Assembly: GCF_024256425.1 (NCBI RefSeq)
Contig: NC_071110.1
Coordinates: 2,599,451-2,663,450 of the forward strand
DNA: 64,000 bases
Reading direction: 5' to 3'
From: Clarias gariepinus
Taxonomy: Eukaryota
The position numbers and the translations under genes were made by a program. This document shows positions 11,328-22,000 of this stretch, one piece after another; within the stretch, counting starts at the first letter, position 1; each line of letters starts with the position of its first letter. Under the pieces are notes generated by a model. It ran no database searches. It worked only from the letters and a program-made list of their open reading frames with translations, and was not told where the DNA came from.

Positions 11328-11994
11328 TTAACTGAGACTAATTTGAGATTGCCCTAGCATTAAAGCAGGGGGATCAGCATCATTATTAGTGGGTAAAGAG
11401 TCAATTCCATGCTGTGTTAGAACTGCCTCCAAATTTTGTGGTCTGTAGGGATTTTCCCCAAACACATTGTTGATTGCTGCACTGTCCACTGCCATATTTA
11501 AGAGCATGCTTTCCGTCCAGATTTGAGTGGGTGTCCGGTTGTTTTCTGTACGCAAAGCATGGTTGTTCCAGGCCTCCCTAAAGCGGTCAAGGCATTTTTG
11601 AATCTCTGGAAAAAAAACTATGTAAAGAGAAAGTTTGTGGATGTCATTATTGAGATCCAGAAGCTGTGAGTCTTCAAGCGAGTAGAACATGCTGTAAAAG
11701 GATTGCAGCACATGCAAAAACACATCCCTCCAAAGACGTTCGATTCTCTGGTTGTGGACTGATTCCCCTGTAATGAAACTGCGGTGCTCAATACCCTGCA
11801 GAAGATTCATAAATAAGGCCACCTGAAAGTTCTCAACACCATGATCTGATCGGACTCTGGATGGTAGTCCATACAGGCACGTGGCTTTAAGAAACTGAGA
11901 CAGCACAGTGTTGGCACGGTTGTCAGTGTTGCAATTCAGAAAAGTGATCAGCCGAGAATGTCCATCTATGGCTCCATGAACTACGAAACCCCAT
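11328..11994 (-). CDS. Exon 4 of an integrase-like gene, the rve-type catalytic core: (R)WGFVVHGAIDGHSRLI…RVRSDHGVENF…HNQRIERLWRDV… through the stop.
   Basis: The D-D-E pattern of the retroviral/retrotransposon integrase fold: WHIDGNM (previous exon), SDHGVENF (compare HTDNGxEF / HSDRGSQY), and the E in QRIERLWRDV (compare vERfnrtLK). Acceptor ttttag|A; the frame continues from exon 3. Confidence 0.7.
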
Positions 11995-12446
11995 CTAAAA
12001 TGGTGAATACAAAGACAGAACACATACTTGCAGTTATTGGACAAGTAACTATTTAAAGTGTGAAACAACAAATAAATAAAGGCAACAATCAGTTACAAGG
12101 TGTTATGACAATACTGTGTTAGATGTCATCACTGTGTTTTTTAGTACTCTACCACAAGAAATATTTGAGTTGCAACCTACATAATCTAATTCATAATCTA
12201 GACAAACAAAACAGGCTGCCAAGGTTGTACATTAGGTTTACACTCAAGCACACTAATGAAATAGTTAATAGCCAATAAAGACGTCCACTGCATAGGTTAA
12301 TTTTTATCCGACTGCATTGCCAAAGAATTGTCAGTAGAACTGATTTAGTGTCTACTGCATGGCAAAGTCTTGAAAGCCTGACAGTATAGCCTTGACTATA
12401 TTATTACAGTACAGAGGTCATGGATTGTTTGTCAGGATGAATTCAC

Positions 12447-12631
12447 CTTATGAGGCGCATATTTCCATCTATATGCCACAGGCTGTTGGGGTATGGTGCA
12501 TGATACACCCGTCTTGCCACAGTGCTGCTCCATCTCCTAGCAGTAGCTGCTGGGTTTACCTGAGCCAACATCTCCCGCACCCTACGTCGTGGAACCAGGT
12601 GTCCATCCGCATGTAGCAATGCTCTCATCAT
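12447..12631 (-). CDS. Exon 3 of the integrase-like gene (MMRALLHADGHLVPRRRVREMLAQVNPAATARRWSSTVARRVYHAPYPNSLWHIDGNMRLI-).
   Basis: Acceptor ttctag|ATGATG, donor AAG|gtgaat. Holds the first catalytic Asp (LWHIDGNM). The phase-2 end joins exon 4 to make an Arg codon. Confidence 0.65.
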
Positions 12632-12815
12632 CTAGAATAATAATAATAATAATGTCAGTTGCTAATAATACAATTTAATCTGCTTAGCAGTAAAAAATAA
12701 ACCCCAATGCAGTAAGTGATCGCTTACCTCATATCCGGAATTTGGGTGCTGGTCTTGAAGTCTTCACATGGTGTTAGAGTTCTTCATTTTCTATTGCTGA
12801 AAATCTGCTCCTCAC

Positions 12816-12961
12816 TGGTATACCAAGCAACTTCGCCCTCTTATATAAGAATGAGGAGGAGCATCCCAAAATTTTTGCAATTCGCTTAACTGTGTTACCT
12901 TGCTTCATAAGAAAATCTATTTGGTCCCTGGTTACCTGAATGGCTGGTCGCCCTTTTCGTC
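12816..12961 (-). CDS. Exon 2 of the integrase-like gene, helix-turn-helix-like (GRKGRPAIQVTRDQIDFLMKQGNTVKRIAKILGCSSSFLYKRAKLLGIP).
   Basis: Acceptor tgtttcag|G, donor CCA|gtgagg. Exon 1 is phase 1 in and this exon is phase 0 out, which matches. The sequence has a DNA-binding HTH flavour (TVKRIAKILGCS…LYKRAK). Confidence 0.55.
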
Positions 12962-13429
12962 CTGAAACAAAATAGACTTTTTTAAATATTCATGGTTTAT
13001 CAAAAATTACACTTTTCACTGTAAACCACTGTTTTAAATAGAAGCAAGCATTAAAGTGAATTTCACATGAATTTCCATATACTTGGACTCATAAGAACAT
13101 GTAACCCTGATCCACAACAGCCTCTTATACTTAACTGCTTATTTGCATTTATCATTCCGCCACGGCATTCATGTACTCCTAGCGACAGAATTCATAGCTG
13201 TCCGTTTTTTTTTTTTATCAAGTTCTTTTACATCCACATTCTCATTTGTTTGGGTCAATTTTAATACACGCTTCATTCACAGTAAGAAAAAAAGACACTA
13301 CACGCGAACTGAGCGCTCCGTAATGTCTGTTATTCCTTTTCCGTAGTTACTATGCTAATTATTTATATCAATTGCTAAATTATTAATATTAATTATTAAA
13401 TCGTGTTTTACAAAGCACAATAAACTCAC

Positions 13430-13766
13430 CTGAAAGAATTCGAGGGGCTGAAAACCTTCCATTTTTAGCTAACAAAACTTCAGACATCAGTGTCCTGAGA
13501 CCATCCAGACTCCGTTGTAGGTCATCAAATGTGTCTGGAGACAATAAATGTTCAATGCGACGTAAATTTCTCCCACAACTCTGGAGTGAACGAAGCTCTC
13601 GTTCCCCACAAATGCCTTGGTTGTGTACGCGTTCTATTTCATGACATTTTCTAATTATTTTATCTACAACAGCGACCGCCATTTCTTCTGATACCTGTTC
13701 AAATAATTTGTCTGCTGGGCAAATATCCAATGGGAAGCCTTTCACGAGCAACGTCGGACACAACAA
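13430..13766 (-). CDS. Exon 1 of the integrase-like gene (MLCPTLLVKGFPLDICPADKLFEQ…LLAKNGRFSAPRILSG).
   Basis: The ATG at 13766 lies ~25 bp from the tandem array at 13790-14100. Donor TCAG|gtgagt. Confidence 0.55.
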
Positions 13767-13789
13767 TGCTGACGAGTCAAAATGACGTT

Positions 13790-14100
13790 TAAGATATCTT
13801 TAACTTTAATTCTGCCTAGGCAAAACTCAGTTATAGATATCTGTAATTGTAATTTAGAATGTGCGACGAGTCGAACATCAGTTTTAGTGACGTCATTGCA
13901 GATATCCGTAATTCAGTTTTGACTCTTTAAAACTTAATTGCAGATATCCCTAACTTTCATTGTGACTATCCGAAACTGAATTACAGATATCTCTAACTGT
14001 CATTTTGATTCGTAAGAATGTAATTACAACTAGTCAAAAATATGTTGTTGATATCTGTAATGTTCATTCCGGATAGTCAAATTTAGCCATTAAATGTTAA
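13790..14100. repeat. Second instance of the AGATATCT / CTAGTCA tandem array family. Same orientation as the array at 40-535. Carries TGACGTCA at 13888-13895.
   Basis: AGATATCT variants at ~13793, 13835, 13902, 13942, 13985, 14052. CTAGGCAAAACT / ACTAGTCAAAAAT spacers match units in the array at 40-535. Confidence 0.7.
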
Positions 14101-14455
14101 AACGGCTTGCCATATGTGTGTGTGTGTGTGAGGGGGAGAGGGGGTACTTTTCGTTTCTTTTTAACCTTTGTTTTAGGATCATTTCCTCCACCTGCCACAG
14201 GGGAAACAGGTCAACCAATCATTCATGTGCCTGAGCTCAGGCTGTGAATACTTATGTACATGTGCTTTCTCAATTTTTTTATTTTAAATAAATTTGCTAA
14301 AATATAAAGTAAAATCTTTTCACAGTGTCATTATGGGGTGTTTTGTGTAGAATTCTAGGGGAATCCATTTTTCTCATGTTTAATCCATTTTAGAATAAGG
14401 CTGTGACATAACAAAATGTGGAAAAAGTGGTGCGCCGTGAAAACTTTCTGGATTC

Positions 14456-14548
14456 ACTACTTAACATTATAGTAATTAATTATACTTAACATTATAGTAA
14501 TTAATTATACTTAACATTATAGTAATTAATTATACTTAACATTATAGT
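14456..14548. repeat. 24-bp tandem repeat (ACTTAACATTATAGTAATTAATTAT) x ~4.
   Basis: Direct reading. Confidence 0.9.
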
Positions 14549-15021
14549 AATTGAATTGCTTTCGTGAAAATGGCTAACATCAGAGGATGCAAAGCTAATT
14601 AAGGTAATTTAACTTACTATTTTCAGGATGGGTTGGTAAAACATACAACTTGTGAACTAAATATGAACATAAATATTAACAAAATAATAAGATTCACATT
14701 AAAATTATGTCCGCTTCTATTTTAATAGTTTAAACACTTTTTAATGTTGAGTTACATTAATGAAATCACAGCCATGCTTCAGTTGTTTGTGGCCTGCTTC
14801 CCTTCTGACTGAAAATTCCTGCGGCTACTTTGTATGGAATAAAATTACTGTCAAAAAGAAATGTTCGTAATTCAAAGCATGTGTGCGTAATTTTCATTTA
14901 CTCGTGCATGATTTAGCTTTGTCAAGAGTTGGATTCCAAAATCTACGGCCACGGCAGTTTACAGATATGAGATTTTGTGCGTTTGTTATCGTCATCAAGG
15001 TTACAGGCATTACTATCAGAG

Positions 15022-15336
15022 GGAAGATTAATCGATTCCATGATATGCGCATGCGCCCCCATTAGCGTCTTAAACCACAGGCGCCAAAATGGCGGATCAG
15101 CAGCCAATAGCTCACTCATCGTCTCAACTAAAATTCATTGTACTTCTATCGACAAAGCAAGACTCAGTGTCCATTACAAGGGACATGTTATGACTAATAA
15201 ATAAATGAGAGTTTTGAAAAAAAAAATCTGTAAGACATGTTTCTGACATCTCACAGACCTACAGTATGTTATATAAAAAAAAAAGTAATTTTTCTTTTGC
15301 TAATGGGGCGCATGCGCATATCATGGAATCGATTTT
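15022..15336. mobile_element. MITE-like element: perfect ~37-bp terminal inverted repeats (AATCGATTCCATGATATGCGCATGCGCCCCCATTAGC … GCTAATGGGGCGCATGCGCATATCATGGAATCGATT) around a ~240-bp core.
   Basis: Seen directly. The TIRs contain the palindrome GCGCATGCGC. Confidence 0.65.
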
Positions 15337-16886
15337 ATTGATAGCTACGTGTTGACCGAATGTATTTATAATTTAATTGGCTACAAAAACATTTATTAAA
15401 AAGTTTCCAAAAGTATTGTGTTTTTGCAATATATGTTTTAGTTTTACATTATATTTTCCAGTAGTTTTTATTTAACTGTTATGATAATGAATATTTAAGC
15501 TAATTATTAAAAAAATGTAAATGTTGCTTCATAGTTTGATGTGGAAATCTATGTTTTGTCCATAGAGTGTATGCTATCTGCACATGTAATACAAAGGGAG
15601 TAAACTAGCAGTGAAGGTTACTGTACCCTTGATGTAAGAACAATTGTGTACCTTTAATTAAGTTTTACTTTATAAGGTAAAAAAATTGTATCTCCAGAGG
15701 TCTTTTCTATGCCATTTATGGCACATTTATCAAAAAGGTACAAAACTGTTCTTTAAGGAACATTATTTGTACCACTGTGTACATTTCAGAGTGTATGAAA
15801 AAAAGCACCACCTATACTTATACATGCAAAAAGGGTAAATAAAATTGATTTAAAAATTACTTTTGCATTGAAATTAAAATAATAATGTTTAGTCTATTAT
15901 TGTTGTTACTTTTATAGATTATAATTAACAAAAATATATATATTACAAAATTATAATTTGTGTAATAATAAGCTGTAAGCTGTAAAAATCTTATACACTT
16001 AGTAACAGACCTTATAACATAATTAAGTTCATTTCTTTACTTTTAGCTGAATACATAATCATTTAAAAGAGAAAATGCTCATTTTATTTTTTGGATCCTT
16101 CGGTAGAGCTCAGAAGCCCCTCTTTGACTGGTCATAGTCCTCTGCTTCTTCTGCGGTTAGAAAAAAAATAATCAAGCTGTGTTTCTCCTGTGAAGAGGGT
16201 GTGAGAAGTGTGATCTTTTCAAAAGTTTGAAGGAAGACCTCCACATTGATTTAGCTTCAACAGCAGACATTGGATTTACTGCAGGGGTTTGGCAGTTGAA
16301 CACTGGCAACACCACATTGCATCAGGTGAGCTCAGCTGTTGTCGTCTGGAGACCATGGCTCAACTGCTTGAGGAGAGTCTGATGCTGGTCTGCAGGAGGC
16401 TAAGAAACTGTTGCAGGGTGACTGAGCTCCTTAATCTGAGTCCGCAGCCCGAATCCTTATCCAGTGTAAAGCACACTGGGTGGGAAAACACAGATTAGGG
16501 AAAAGTGCTGTATTTTTTTTTTTTCATAAAGCTGTGGTTGAGTAGACCAGGGGAGTGAGAAGTTTTTGGAAGTTGGTTAAGAGTGCAGGTGATGCAGATC
16601 TTTGGCTTTCAATTAAGTCAATGGTTTGGTGAGAGTAGGGTCCAGTCAAGGTCAACCAAGACTAAATGCATGAAAGGTGAGGAGGCAGTCCTGGTTGTAT
16701 ATATATTTATACATACATCGATTAGCTTCCTCTTGTTCCTCTAACATTAATGTCAGTGCAGGTGAAGTGAACAATAGTGAGTGGACCTGTCATTAAAAGT
16801 AATACTAAAAGTAATGTTTAGCATCAGTAAGAGAAGCTTCTCAAAACATTACAGTTTTTAATTTACTTAGCAATTTTCCACAAATT

Positions 16887-17416
16887 CTATTTTGGATCAC
16901 ATAACTTCATAGGGGAATCATAACTCCATATAGAGAACCCAGCATACAGAGGCTGAGTGAATGTGGTGTGCACTGTGTGGAGGAGGCTCATCGTGTCAGG
17001 GACGCTGTAGAAGGACAAAGTTCCTGCATTGTGATCTACATACACTCCTATCCTGGAGGACGCTGAACCTTGGAGCTCAGTTATAATGCTATTGTGCCGG
17101 AAACAAACAGAGGAAGAAGAACACTCCAGACTCCAAGATTGACTGTTGCGTCCAAACCTACACTCTTTGCCCTCTCCTTTTCTGCTGATCTCTTTGTATG
17201 AGACTGATATTTCCACACCAAACCCGCTCCACTCCACCTCCCAGTAACAGCGTCCACGCATACTCTCCTTACACAAGACCTGAGGCCAGGAGTCAAATCT
17301 CTCTGGATGATCAGAGTATCCTTGCTGTTTCCTACTGAGAGTTACATCTCTGTTGTTTTTAAATATAAAGAGTTTGCAGTTTGCTGTGTTGGGATCCAGA
17401 GTCAGATAATTAAAAT
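16887..17416 (-). CDS. finTRIM-like locus 1, B30.2/PRY-SPRY exon (…DFNYLTLDPNTANCKLFIFKNNRDVTLSRKQQGYSDHPERFDSWPQVLCKESMRGRCYWEVEWSGFGVEISVSYKEISRKG…RIGVYVDHNAGTLSFYSVPDTMSLLHTVHTTFTQPLYAGF…*).
   Basis: Canonical B30.2 motifs (LDPNTA, CYWEVEW, SYKxIxRKG, GVYxDHxAGTLSFY). Acceptor tttcag|ATTTTAAT at ~17417. Confidence 0.75.
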
Positions 17417-17462
17417 CTGAAACAACAAAAGTGTCCTTAGGTTAAATATTAATCACAGAATC

Positions 17463-17503
<41 letters not shown>

Positions 17504-18012
17504 GCACCCACGCTGTAGAAAATCTTCTCTACTTTTTGGTTTTGAGAGTGGAATCATCAGAACGGCTGCAATTGTAGAAAATAAGAATATGAAAATTATA
17601 TAAATATAAACAGGTTAAAGCATCAACATGAAATGTCAAATTCTTCACTGGTTTTCGTGTCACATTTTTGTAATTAAATTCTGGCGACTTTTCTCCATAA
17701 GGCTGATCTATGTTCATAGTTATGCAAATTTACAAGGCTAATGGTAATACTGTGTGTAGGGAATATTTTATTTCTGGTGTGTTTCATAATGTCTCAATGC
17801 ATGAGAACAGATTGTTGTCTTTCTTTTACCTTGACACGCTGCACTATCAATAAACACATTCCATAGTATAGTTTGTGTTATGGGTCGTTACTGCTGAAGG
17901 CTCGTAAATGCAGAACTACTCCCACGTTTCTGTTCTTCTTCACCTTATCTTTTATAAACATTCCAGACCAGTGTTTACCATGTAAACCCTCCTGCATCCT
18001 CCTTTTTGGTGC

Positions 18013-18045
<33 letters not shown>

Positions 18046-18254
18046 ATATATATATATATATATATATAGTTTCATTGGGAGGTAACATGTCCAGGCGGGA
18101 CAAGCAGAATACCAAATTCCAAAATACCTACCAAAATTCAAGAAATCCTTACACTCTGACTTTATCCAGTCTTGTTTCTGCTTCTTCCTTATTTTTGTTG
18201 GATTAATTTCATGTCTTTCTTCACTGTGATGCAGAACAAATGTTTGTTTCGTTA

Positions 18255-18379
18255 CCTTGTGGACAGATTTTGTTGAATTCCTCCACACAGATTTCCTCGA
18301 CTTGTTTTTTCAGATCTGAGAGAGATTTCCTCACTTCATCAAATGTGAGATGTTGATTGACAGTGAAGCTGGGTGAGTC
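18255..18379 (-). pseudogene. finTRIM-like locus 1 internal exon with a 1-nt insertion relative to the paralogs (…SDLKKQ|G|RGNLCGGIQQNLST instead of SDLKKRVGEICEEEFNIIHPQ).
   Basis: Locus 1 reads CTCGACCTTG at 18297-18306. The paralogous exons at 29082-29202, 42511-42634 and 58437-58560 read CTCGACTCG / CTCGACCCG / CTCGACTTG and stay in frame. The exon is 125 nt here, against 121 or 124 in the paralogs. Confidence 0.55.
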
Positions 18380-18603
18380 CTCACATCCAGGAGAAGCACA
18401 GAGAGACGGGAAACTCTACAGAGAGGAAACACATCATAGAGAAGGAGAAAAGTGTAGGAGAGGAACGAATGAATCTCAGACTGAATCAGACCAAAGACAC
18501 ACTTGTGATCTCAGACAGGAACATTTATTGTCGCTGTAATGAGCTTTTAGGAGGAAACTTTGTGAGGAACAGCGCCCTCTGTAGATCAGACAGTGAGTGT
18601 TAC

Positions 18604-18837
18604 CTGGAGGAAGTGGATGTGATCGTGTGTGTGTGAAAGCTGCTCCAGCTCAGTGACTCTCCTCTTAAGATCAGCAATCTCCTGCTCCAGTTGCGTCAGG
18701 AGTCGTTCAGCTCGACCCAGTTCAGCTTTCTCCTGAGCTCTGATGAGCTCCGTCACCTCTGAATGCTTTTTCTCCATGGAGCTGATCAGCTCAGTAAAGA
18801 TCCTCTCATTCTCATCTACTGCTCTCTGTGAACGCCT
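18604..18837 (-). CDS. finTRIM-like locus 1 coiled-coil exon (RRSQRAVDENERIFTELISSMEKKHSEVTELIRAQEKAELGRAERLLTQLEQEIADLKRRVTELEQLSHTHDHIHFLQ).
   Basis: Heptad-rich; acceptor gttgacag|, donor CAG|gtaacac; 234 nt, phase 0. Confidence 0.7.
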
Positions 18838-18962
18838 CTGTCAACACACATGCAATCCATTAATCAATCCCTCTATATTGTTTATGTATTGTGTTTGTGT
18901 ATGTACGGTATGTTTCTGATTGGTCATGTGTGTTTAGGTTTCTCTCTCCATTCTGTCCTTAC

Positions 18963-19058
18963 CTTAATAATGTCCACAGTCTTTTTCAGCTCCTGCACCT
19001 TATTCTGCTTCTCCTGGATCCTCTGTTGGGATTTCATCTGCTCCTGCTTTAGTTCATT
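18963..19058 (-). CDS. finTRIM-like locus 1 coiled-coil exon (NELKQEQMKSQQRIQEKQNKVQELKKTVDIIK).
   Basis: Acceptor tctcag|, donor AAG|gtaagg; 96 nt. Confidence 0.65.
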
Positions 19059-19948
19059 CTGAGACCAAATAAATTAGACTTGGATAAAATGTTCGAGTTA
19101 AAAACAAACATATTCCCTTTAGAAAATATAAGAGGCATCCTGGCTGAGGTGAACACTGACACTGAAATTTAATTCAGGATAAATATTCATAATGAAAAAT
19201 TGGGTAACCAGAACTAGAGTGTGGTAAAACCAGTGTTTTGGTGTCCCTGTGCACTCAGTTTATAAGTAAAAACATAAGCATGAATGCTTAACGAAAAACA
19301 GCGCAGACTGGAGAGACTGTGTTTAAACAGCTGTTCTAACACCAAAATATTTTATCGTACCTTATCGATAAAATAAAAGGCACATTTTACATCTCAATCC
19401 CACATGTATCAGTTCACAGTGACTTTGTTTGTCTGTCAGAAAAATAGAGAAAAACAGCATAAATATCTGTAAAATGAAGCTTTATCTACGTACAGTATAT
19501 TGAAACTGCTTTCAAGGATGTTCCAGCTGTTTTCCCTTTACAAGGTACAAGTTTGAGATGGTGTTATGCAGTGATGATCACATAGAATCAAACCGTACTG
19601 CATTAAGATATCTCAGCAATATTGACTTGGGTCAGATAAAGTTCTTACTTCTTACATGTAAACCTTTAGCTTTATACAGAGCTAGTATCTGGTGTGTGTG
19701 TAAGCCCAATTAACAGCTTTAACATTGGGCACGGCTTTGTGCTCTGTTGTTTTGTTGTAAACTTAATCATAATGTTGTTGGGTGTTGATGTGTAAAGTAT
19801 GTTGACTGGTCTGATAGGTTTAACACATCCTTCCCAACAATGCTTTACCTTTTTGTAAGAGATCACAGTAAATGACAGTTATAAGACTAATTTTAACTCA
19901 ACAGAAACTACATTACTATATATATAGAATTATGTAGTCTGGTCTGAC

Positions 19949-20524
19949 CTGTTTTTCAGTCCTTTCCGTTTTAGTTGAAACAGTATCATGTCCTTTATGG
20001 TCGTCTATCGTACACAAGTAACAGATGAAGCTTTGGTCAGTACGACAGTAGATCTCAGTCAGTTTGTCATGCTGAGAGCAGATCTTCTCTTGAAGCTTTG
20101 CACAAGGTTCTATTAACTTGTGCTTTTTAAAAGCAGGAGACTGATAGTGAGGTTGAAGATGATCTTCACAATAGGAGGTCCTGCACACCAGACAGGAATT
20201 GGCAGCTTTGCGTTTTCTCCCGGTGCAGGAATCACACTCCACATCTCCAGGTCCAGCGTAACAGTGAGCCCTAGAAGCAGCTTCGAGTTTGGACTTCTTC
20301 TCCACCACTTCAGCCAGACTCCATAAAACAGGTCTTGAAGTGAAAGTCTCTCTATGCTTGGGGCAGCTGTAGACTCTCCTTCGATCCTGGCAATTCCCGA
20401 AGTCATTACTACACACCTTACCGAAATTGTGGCCTCGGGGAGTAGTCACTGGATCACTCAAAGGGTTCAGACACACTGCACAGCTGAACTGATCCTGATT
20501 TACTGAAATATTTGCCTCTGCCAT
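19949..20524 (-). CDS. finTRIM-like locus 1 RING + B-box exon with substituted zinc ligands ([38 protein letters not shown]…[15 protein letters not shown]…CDSCTGRKRKAANSCLVCRTSYCEDHL…).
   Basis: The finTRIM N-terminus, but PCGHxFC reads PRGHNFG and CPQCR reads CPKHR. The B-boxes (CDxC…CLVCxxSYCEDH; CSQHDK…YCRTDQSFICYLC) are intact. Donor AAACAG|gtcaga. Confidence 0.7.
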
Positions 20525-20565
20525 TTTCCTACACTCACACACACTTGTTCAGAAAGAAACATTTG

Positions 20566-20577
20566 AGTTTCGTTTTC
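20566..20577 (-). promoter_or_regulatory. ISRE (GAAAACGAAACT on the gene strand) ~45 bp 5' of the locus-1 ATG. The shared motif GTGTGGCTTTAAAAA is at 20629-20643.
   Basis: Exact match to the ISRE consensus GAAANNGAAACT. Repeated at the paralogs (see separate features). Confidence 0.6.
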
Positions 20578-21205
20578 TTTTGAAAAAGCTTCCTGGTTCT
20601 GTTTATGGTGTAAATTGACAGAGAGAGGTGTGGCTTTAAAAAGACAGGGAGTTCTGTGTTCTGGTAAATGCTCTTCTCTGTGATTTACAGATTTTTATTA
20701 ATTGAGTTCTGCATAGATTTTTTCATAAATATGACCTAAAACATATAGACAATATTATATGTATTCATTTGTTTATACATATATAATATCAGTTTATTTG
20801 AAATGTAATAATTCATTGCCCAATAAAAAAAAAAATCACTATCTGCATTTATCTAAGGAAATGGTTAAGAGGCTTCCACTGGATAATTACTGCAGTGATT
20901 AATATGGTTTAACTGGTATCAAGTTATTTAACGCTCACTGATGCAGTGAGGAGCTTCTCATTTCCCATGTCAGAAGACATACGCTGTGGTCGTGGCGAAA
21001 ACTATACTCTTTTTTTAAAAGGGTCAAATTATCATTGTGCATCAAACAAAGAAAAGAACTAAGGAGACTGCTAATACTTGAACTGGTTAAAAACCTTGAA
21101 GAACCTCGAAGAGGTAGAAAATGTGATTGAAAATCATCCCGAATAAGCATGTTGGGAGATCACTCAAACACATGGTTAAGTAAATAAATATGAATAAAAA
21201 TAAAT

Positions 21206-21258
<53 letters not shown>

Positions 21259-21339
21259 CATTGAGGCTCATATTTAATAGTGAAAATAATAAGCACACAG
21301 TGCGACAAGAACTCAAGAGATTTATCTTATGAAATAGCC

Positions 21340-21570
21340 TTAAGAAAACCGTGTAACGTTTTGGAAGGTCATGTGGTCTAATGAGTCCAGATTTACCCTG
21401 GAATTTAGCAGTAGAAATTATGTATCCAGCATGTCTAGTGCCTGCCAAACAAACCTGTTGGGACAGTGTTATGATCTATGGTTGCTTCTGTTTGTCAGGT
21501 CTAGGTTCAGCAATGTAATGTGCCTCTTCCATCAACAGTACATGATCTTCTCAAGTTTAACGTGACTCTG
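21340..21570 (+). mobile_element. Tc1-like transposase fragment (VMWSNESRFTLEF…).
   Basis: WSDESRF-like Tc1 motif. Duplicated at 32095-32300 inside the segmental duplication. Confidence 0.5.
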
Positions 21571-21811
21571 CATGGAAATAAATGTTGTGACATTGCATAG
21601 TCTTATGAAAAATAGTTTGTAATGGAAAATGCATGTCATAACCAAAACAAAAGACAGTCCAATGAAATATTAGAGTGTGTGCCCTTTTGTTTGGCCAGGT
21701 GTATGATAGTATTTAAAGAATTGAATGCTGATCATTTTTATAAAATAAACTAACAGTTAAGTGTAAGGAGCTCTACAAAACACAAAGCCAAAAAAGAAAA
21801 ATAAAGAAATT

Positions 21812-22000
21812 GCAGTTTCTAATTACTGCACAACATTCTGATTTTCCTCATCCCAGAAACGATTAATACACTGCTAGCAGAAATTGTGACCACAGGGAGT
21901 AGTCACTGGAACATTCAAGAGATCCAGACAAACTGCACAGCTGAACTGATCCTGATCTACTGAAATACCTGCCTCTGACATTTTTATGGACTGATACACT
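21812..22000 (-). pseudogene. Truncated 5' fragment of a finTRIM RING exon with its own promoter ([47 protein letters not shown]), broken off at ~21812.
   Basis: Near-identical to 62570-62900 (locus 4 start). It has an in-frame TAG where locus 4 has AAG/AAA. An ISRE lies at 22054-22065 and GGCGTGGCTTTAAAA at 22111-22126. Confidence 0.65.

Noticed and set aside
17081-17296. Antisense or overlapping ORFs inside B30.2 exons (17081-17296 minus, 27830-28069 plus, 27922-28194 minus, 39107-39346 plus, 39199-39471 minus, 56046-56279 plus, 56162-56371 minus).
   Set aside because: They are shadow frames of the real B30.2 coding frame. They have no independent motifs and recur only because the exon is duplicated.
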